Source: Azonexus sp. (GTDB lineage Bacteria > Pseudomonadota > Gammaproteobacteria > Burkholderiales > Rhodocyclaceae). Taken from it: DNA of 64,000 nucleotides. A program made the position numbers and the translations under genes. The stretch is taken from positions 337,327 to 401,326 of the forward strand of contig JAYRYB010000002.1 in the NCBI GenBank assembly GCA_041917165.1. The letters are read 5' to 3'. The notes below the pieces were generated by a model. It saw only the letters and a program-made list of their open reading frames with translations. It was not told the origin of the DNA and searched no databases. Of this stretch, positions 60,205 to 64,000 are shown in pieces (within the stretch, counting starts at the first letter, position 1; every line of letters begins with the position of its first letter).

Positions 60205-60305
60205 GGTGTGTCTCCTGGTGGGTAATGTGACGGTGCAAGTTTAACGGGAATCGCCGCCAGTAAAACAAGAGTAAATCGTAGTTAAACTTCGTAAAAATCG
60301 TAGTG

Positions 60306-61583
60306 TTAGCTGAGTAGTGCGGCGACGGCGGCGGGGTTGGACGGGAAGTAGAAATGCACATAGGACGCCGTCAGGCGCCGGACGCGGAAAATGGCCTCAC
60401 CTTGCCGGCCATCGGTGGTACGTGCGTGCGCCAGCGGCGTCAGCGGTGTTTCGCTTTTCGAGTAGTGGAAGGTATGACCCGAGACCTCGCCTTCGGGCAG
60501 GCTGACGAACTGCGTGCCGAGCGCCGCCAGACGCTTCTGCATCACCGAGCGTCCCGGTAGCAGGCCCCCAAAGGCATGTGCGACACCCGCCTTGTCGATG
60601 ACGGTCTCGAACAGGCTCATCATGCCGCCGCACTCAGCGAGCAGCGGTTTGCCGGCATCGACATGGGCGCGCAGGGCATTCCACAGCGCCGTATGGCCGC
60701 TGAGTGCTGAAGCATGCAGTTCCGGGTAGCCGCCGGGGAGCCAGACGGCATCGCAAACCGGCAGCACATCGCCGGCAACCGGTGAGAAGAAGCTAAGCTC
60801 CGCTCCCAGCATGCGCAGCGTGTCGAGATTGGCAGGATAGATGAAGCCGTAGGCAGCATCATGGGCAATGGCAATCGTCTTGCCGGCAAGCAGCGGTTTG
60901 ATCGCCGGCGGCGGGCAGTCGTCGAACTGAACCGGGGGCGGCAGGTCGACGCTGGCCGTGGCCGCCAGTGCATCGGCGAGTTTGTCGAGCCGGGTGCCGA
61001 GGTCGTCAATTTCGGCGGCCTGCAGCAGCCCGAGATGCCGTTCCGGCAGGCTGTCGTCGGATTTTGGCAGCGCGCCGAACCAGCCCATGCCCTGCGGCAG
61101 GCTTTCCCGCAGCATATCTGCGTGGCGCGGGCTGCCGACGCGGTTGGCGAGGACGCCGGCAAAGGGCAGGCCGGGTCGGTAAGAGGCGAGTCCATGCGCA
61201 ACGGCGCCGAAGGTTTGCGCCATCTTGCCGGCATCGATCAATGCCATGACCGGGATGCCGAAGCGGATGGCGATATCGGCGGCGGAAGGCTGGCCGTCGA
61301 ACAGGCCCATGACGCCCTCGATTAGGATCAGGTCGCTTTCTGCGGCGGCCCTAGCCAGCCGCCAGCGCGCATCGGCCTCGCCGCACATGCCGAGATCGAG
61401 GTTCTGACAGGGGCGGCCGGATGCGAAGGCGTGGATCTGCGGGTCGAGAAAGTCCGGGCCGCATTTGAAGACGGTGACTCGCCGGCCCTGTCGCATATGC
61501 AGGCGGGCGAGGGCGGCGGTGACGGTGGTCTTGCCCTGGCCGGAGGCAGGGGCGGCAATGAGGAGGGCGGGGCAGGCGGGCAT
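60306..61583 (-). CDS. cobB: Cobyrinate a,c-diamide synthase
   Basis: SGQGKTT, FKCGPDFLDP, IEGVMGLFDG, LPERHLGL, GGYPE, AECGG. Confidence 0.93.
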   Translation of the reverse strand: MPACPALLIAAPASGQGKTTVTAALARLHMRQGRRVTVFKCGPDFLDPQIHAFASGRPCQNLDLGMCGEADARWRLARAAAESDLILIEGVMGLFDGQPSAADIAIRFGIPVMALIDAGKMAQTFGAVAHGLASYRPGLPFAGVLANRVGSPRHADMLRESLPQGMGWFGALPKSDDSLPERHLGLLQAAEIDDLGTRLDKLADALAATASVDLPPPVQFDDCPPPAIKPLLAGKTIAIAHDAAYGFIYPANLDTLRMLGAELSFFSPVAGDVLPVCDAVWLPGGYPELHASALSGHTALWNALRAHVDAGKPLLAECGGMMSLFETVIDKAGVAHAFGGLLPGRSVMQKRLAALGTQFVSLPEGEVSGHTFHYSKSETPLTPLAHARTTDGRQGEAIFRVRRLTASYVHFYFPSNPAAVAALLS

Positions 61584-61615
61584 GGATGGTTTGGGCGGAT
61601 CAGAAGAGTGGATTA

Positions 61616-61647
61616 TTGGTCATTCCCGCCTGCGCGGGAATGACCAA
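61616..61647. repeat. Intergenic palindrome with an ATTCCC-N8-GGGAAT core (dRS3/REP-like)
   Basis: TTGGTCATTCCCGC-CTGC-GCGGGAATGACCAA, perfect 14-bp stem. Confidence 0.75.
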
Positions 61648-61652
61648 GGGGG

Positions 61653-63767
61653 TCAGAAGCTGGCGCGCAGGCCGATGCGGAAACTGCGGGGCTCCAGCGG
61701 GTGGACGAGCCGGCTGTCGATGCCGGTGCCGCTGCCACAGCCGCCGCTGCCGGCCACCGCTTCGCTGCGGGTACAGGCGCCGCCCCAGTACTCGATGTCG
61801 TTGGCCTTGCGGTCAAAGAGATTGAGGACGTCGAACGTCAGTTGCAGCTTGGGGGTGACGCGGTAGCCGGCCTTGAGATTGGCCATCCAGAAGGCAGTGG
61901 ACTTGTGCTCGCCGGTTTCCTCCAGCGCATAGGCGCCAAGATAGCGCAGGCGCAGCCCGCCGAAGAAACGCCCGCCGTCGTCGGCGGTGAGGCCGAGCGA
62001 GGCAGTGAGCGGGATGGCATTCGGCACGTGGCGGCCGCCATTGCTGGCTTCCGGCGTCTTGAAGCGGGCTTGCGACCAGGCGATGTCGGCATCGATGATC
62101 CAGCCGTCGGCGGGGGTGATGTAGTTGGTCCACTCGACCCCGTGACGGCGTGAGCCGCCTTTCGGCTCGGTCACGCCCTCGTCGCCGACAAAGACCAGTT
62201 CCGAGGCGAGATCCTTCTGCCAGAGTGCGAGGCTGCTGTGCCAGGACTTGACCGGGGTGATGCGCATGCCGACTTCGCTGCCGCGGGCCTTGACGATCAG
62301 CGGCACGGCTTCGGCGGCGCTGCCATCCTGCGGATTGCTGCGGGCGGTGGCGCCGCGGGCGTCGTTGCTGTGGAAGCCGTTGCCCCAGTTGGCGTAAAAC
62401 TCGGTCGGTCCAAGCAGCTTGAAGGGGCCGAGGACGATGCCCAGTTTCGGACTGGTCTGGCCGGCGGCGGCATGTCCGCCGTTATCCTGGTTGAACTGGC
62501 CGGCCAGCGGGGTGACGTCGGCACGGATTTCGTCGCGGCGGAGGCCGATGGTCGAGCGCAGCCAGTCGTGCCACTGCGTGCGGGCCTCGAGGCTCAGGCC
62601 CAGTGAGCTCTGGCGGATGCGGTCTTCACGAACCGTCTGGGTGCGACGGCGGTTTTCGGTGTTGTGCAGGCCGACGGCGTGAGTGCGATCCTGCCGGAAC
62701 TGCAGACCGGCGCTGATCTCGGTATCCCGCCAGTCGGGTCCGAGAAACCAGCGCTGTCCGAACTGGCCGCCCCAGATCGTGCGCTCGTCAGCCTGTTCGT
62801 GCTGGTCGCCCTGCAGGCCGTTGATATAGCCGGAGGGGGCTGAAAAGAGATTCAGCGCGTAGTCGATGACGTAAACGCTGGCCTTGCTGGCACCGCGTTC
62901 GCTGGTTCGCGCCCAGTCAGCCGACAGGCTGTAACGGTGGGTCTTGCCGCCATCGTTGGCGGAAAGATAACCGAAGCGGCCGATTTCGCCGCTCTGGATG
63001 GCGCGCTCCGGCACGTGCTCGGTGGCGGTCCAGTCGGCGCGGTAGAACATGCCGGTCAGCGAGAAGCCGTTGTTGGCGGTGCCCGAAGTCAGGCGGAGCA
63101 GGCCGTTGTATTTCTCCAGATTCTGTTCCTGTGTCCATGGGCCGTCGTAACCGCCGGTCTCGAAGGCACCGACCAGGTTGAGGTCGCCGAGGCTGTGGCC
63201 GCCGGCGGCCAGTAGTCGCCGGAAATTGTGCTTGCCGAGGCTGAGGTCGACAAAGCTGTGATCCAGCCGGCGCAGGTAGTCGATGCGGGCGCTGCCGGTG
63301 GTACTGAAATCACCATCCGCGGCGGCATAGACGCCCTTGCGGTAGTTGATGCTGCTGATCAGCTCCGGCATCAGGAAGTTGAGATCCATGTAGCCCTGGC
63401 CGTGCGCATGGCTGACCATATTGGCCGGCATGCCCATCACCGTCGTCGCAAAATCGCTGCCATGGTCGAGATTGAAGCCGCGCAGGAAGTACTGGTTGGC
63501 CTTGCCGTCGCCGGAGTGCTGGGTGACGATCATGCCGGGGATGGTTTCCAGCGCTTCTGCCGGGCGCAGCAAGGGGCGGTTGGCCAGCTGCCGGTTGCTG
63601 ACGGTCCCTTCGGTGGCGCTGTCGGCAATGCCGGTCAGATTCTGTTTGCCGCTGCTAACGGTGACCTCCTGCAGGGTCGGCAGGCCGCCGGCGTGGGCCA
63701 GGTTGCCGGCAGCGAGGGCCAGCGCGATCAGGGAGCGCCGTAAAGGCGCGGATTGGGGGTGGTGCAT
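61653..63767 (-). CDS. TonB-dependent outer-membrane receptor (cobalamin-regulated)
   Basis: Signal peptide, TonB box EVTV, QHSGDGKANQYFLRGFNLDHG plug, NLFD..HPLEPR..F C-terminus. Confidence 0.9.
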   Translation of the reverse strand: MHHPQSAPLRRSLIALALAAGNLAHAGGLPTLQEVTVSSGKQNLTGIADSATEGTVSNRQLANRPLLRPAEALETIPGMIVTQHSGDGKANQYFLRGFNLDHGSDFATTVMGMPANMVSHAHGQGYMDLNFLMPELISSINYRKGVYAAADGDFSTTGSARIDYLRRLDHSFVDLSLGKHNFRRLLAAGGHSLGDLNLVGAFETGGYDGPWTQEQNLEKYNGLLRLTSGTANNGFSLTGMFYRADWTATEHVPERAIQSGEIGRFGYLSANDGGKTHRYSLSADWARTSERGASKASVYVIDYALNLFSAPSGYINGLQGDQHEQADERTIWGGQFGQRWFLGPDWRDTEISAGLQFRQDRTHAVGLHNTENRRRTQTVREDRIRQSSLGLSLEARTQWHDWLRSTIGLRRDEIRADVTPLAGQFNQDNGGHAAAGQTSPKLGIVLGPFKLLGPTEFYANWGNGFHSNDARGATARSNPQDGSAAEAVPLIVKARGSEVGMRITPVKSWHSSLALWQKDLASELVFVGDEGVTEPKGGSRRHGVEWTNYITPADGWIIDADIAWSQARFKTPEASNGGRHVPNAIPLTASLGLTADDGGRFFGGLRLRYLGAYALEETGEHKSTAFWMANLKAGYRVTPKLQLTFDVLNLFDRKANDIEYWGGACTRSEAVAGSGGCGSGTGIDSRLVHPLEPRSFRIGLRASF

Positions 63768-63896
63768 GGTGAAACTCCATCGACGACTGCCTGCCGCAGG
63801 CAGCTGCGGTCGACGCGGAAAATGCGCCAAAATCGCAGCTGCCCGCATCCCCGCAGACAGTCCGTTGCAATCGCTGCCGCACGGGCGGTCAGCACG

Positions 63897-64000
63897 AAAC
63901 AGCAGGCCGGTCTCCGGGCTCGCCAGTCTTGACGCGTCGCCTTCCCGGTGTGACCCAGTGGCCTGATGACGCGCCCGCACTGACTTACCGTTGCGGGGGC
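63897..64000 (-). ncRNA. Cobalamin riboswitch (5' part outside the window)
   Basis: Minus strand GCCCCCGCAACGGT...GCCACTG...GGGAAGG...AGCCCGGAGACCGGCC (B12 box). Confidence 0.92.

Overview
GC-rich betaproteobacterial chromosome segment; gene content and order suggest Rhodocyclales (Dechloromonas/Azonexus-like), which is an inference. Mostly core metabolism: an NtrC/sigma54-controlled porin-glnK-amtB operon, purU, thrH, mutY, rapZ, ubiK/ubiX/ubiUVT, a large liu (leucine/isovalerate) cluster with LiuR and its operator, phaC, several c-di-GMP and two-component genes, and a cobalamin-riboswitch-controlled TonB receptor-cobB unit. Highlights: (1) a 2,747-bp non-autonomous Tn7-like element just downstream of tRNA-Gly(CCC), with TGT...ACA ends, a TGAAA target duplication, seven TnsB-type sites, a 5'-truncated TniQ/TnsD gene and a yccA cargo; (2) an 8-codon Lys/Arg leader ORF (MAKRKKKK) plus terminator and an alternative pairing, upstream of an atypical ABC exporter-like gene inserted between liuR and the liu operon; (3) a ~460-bp intergenic inverted repeat whose arms keep covarying hairpins with GNA triloops, suggesting a single-stranded-DNA structured element; (4) a GNAT-beta-carbonic-anhydrase fusion and an SbtA/SbtB-like pair; (5) a homopolymer frameshift in a hybrid kinase. 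No CRISPR array or rRNA was seen. All calls are by eye, without database searches.
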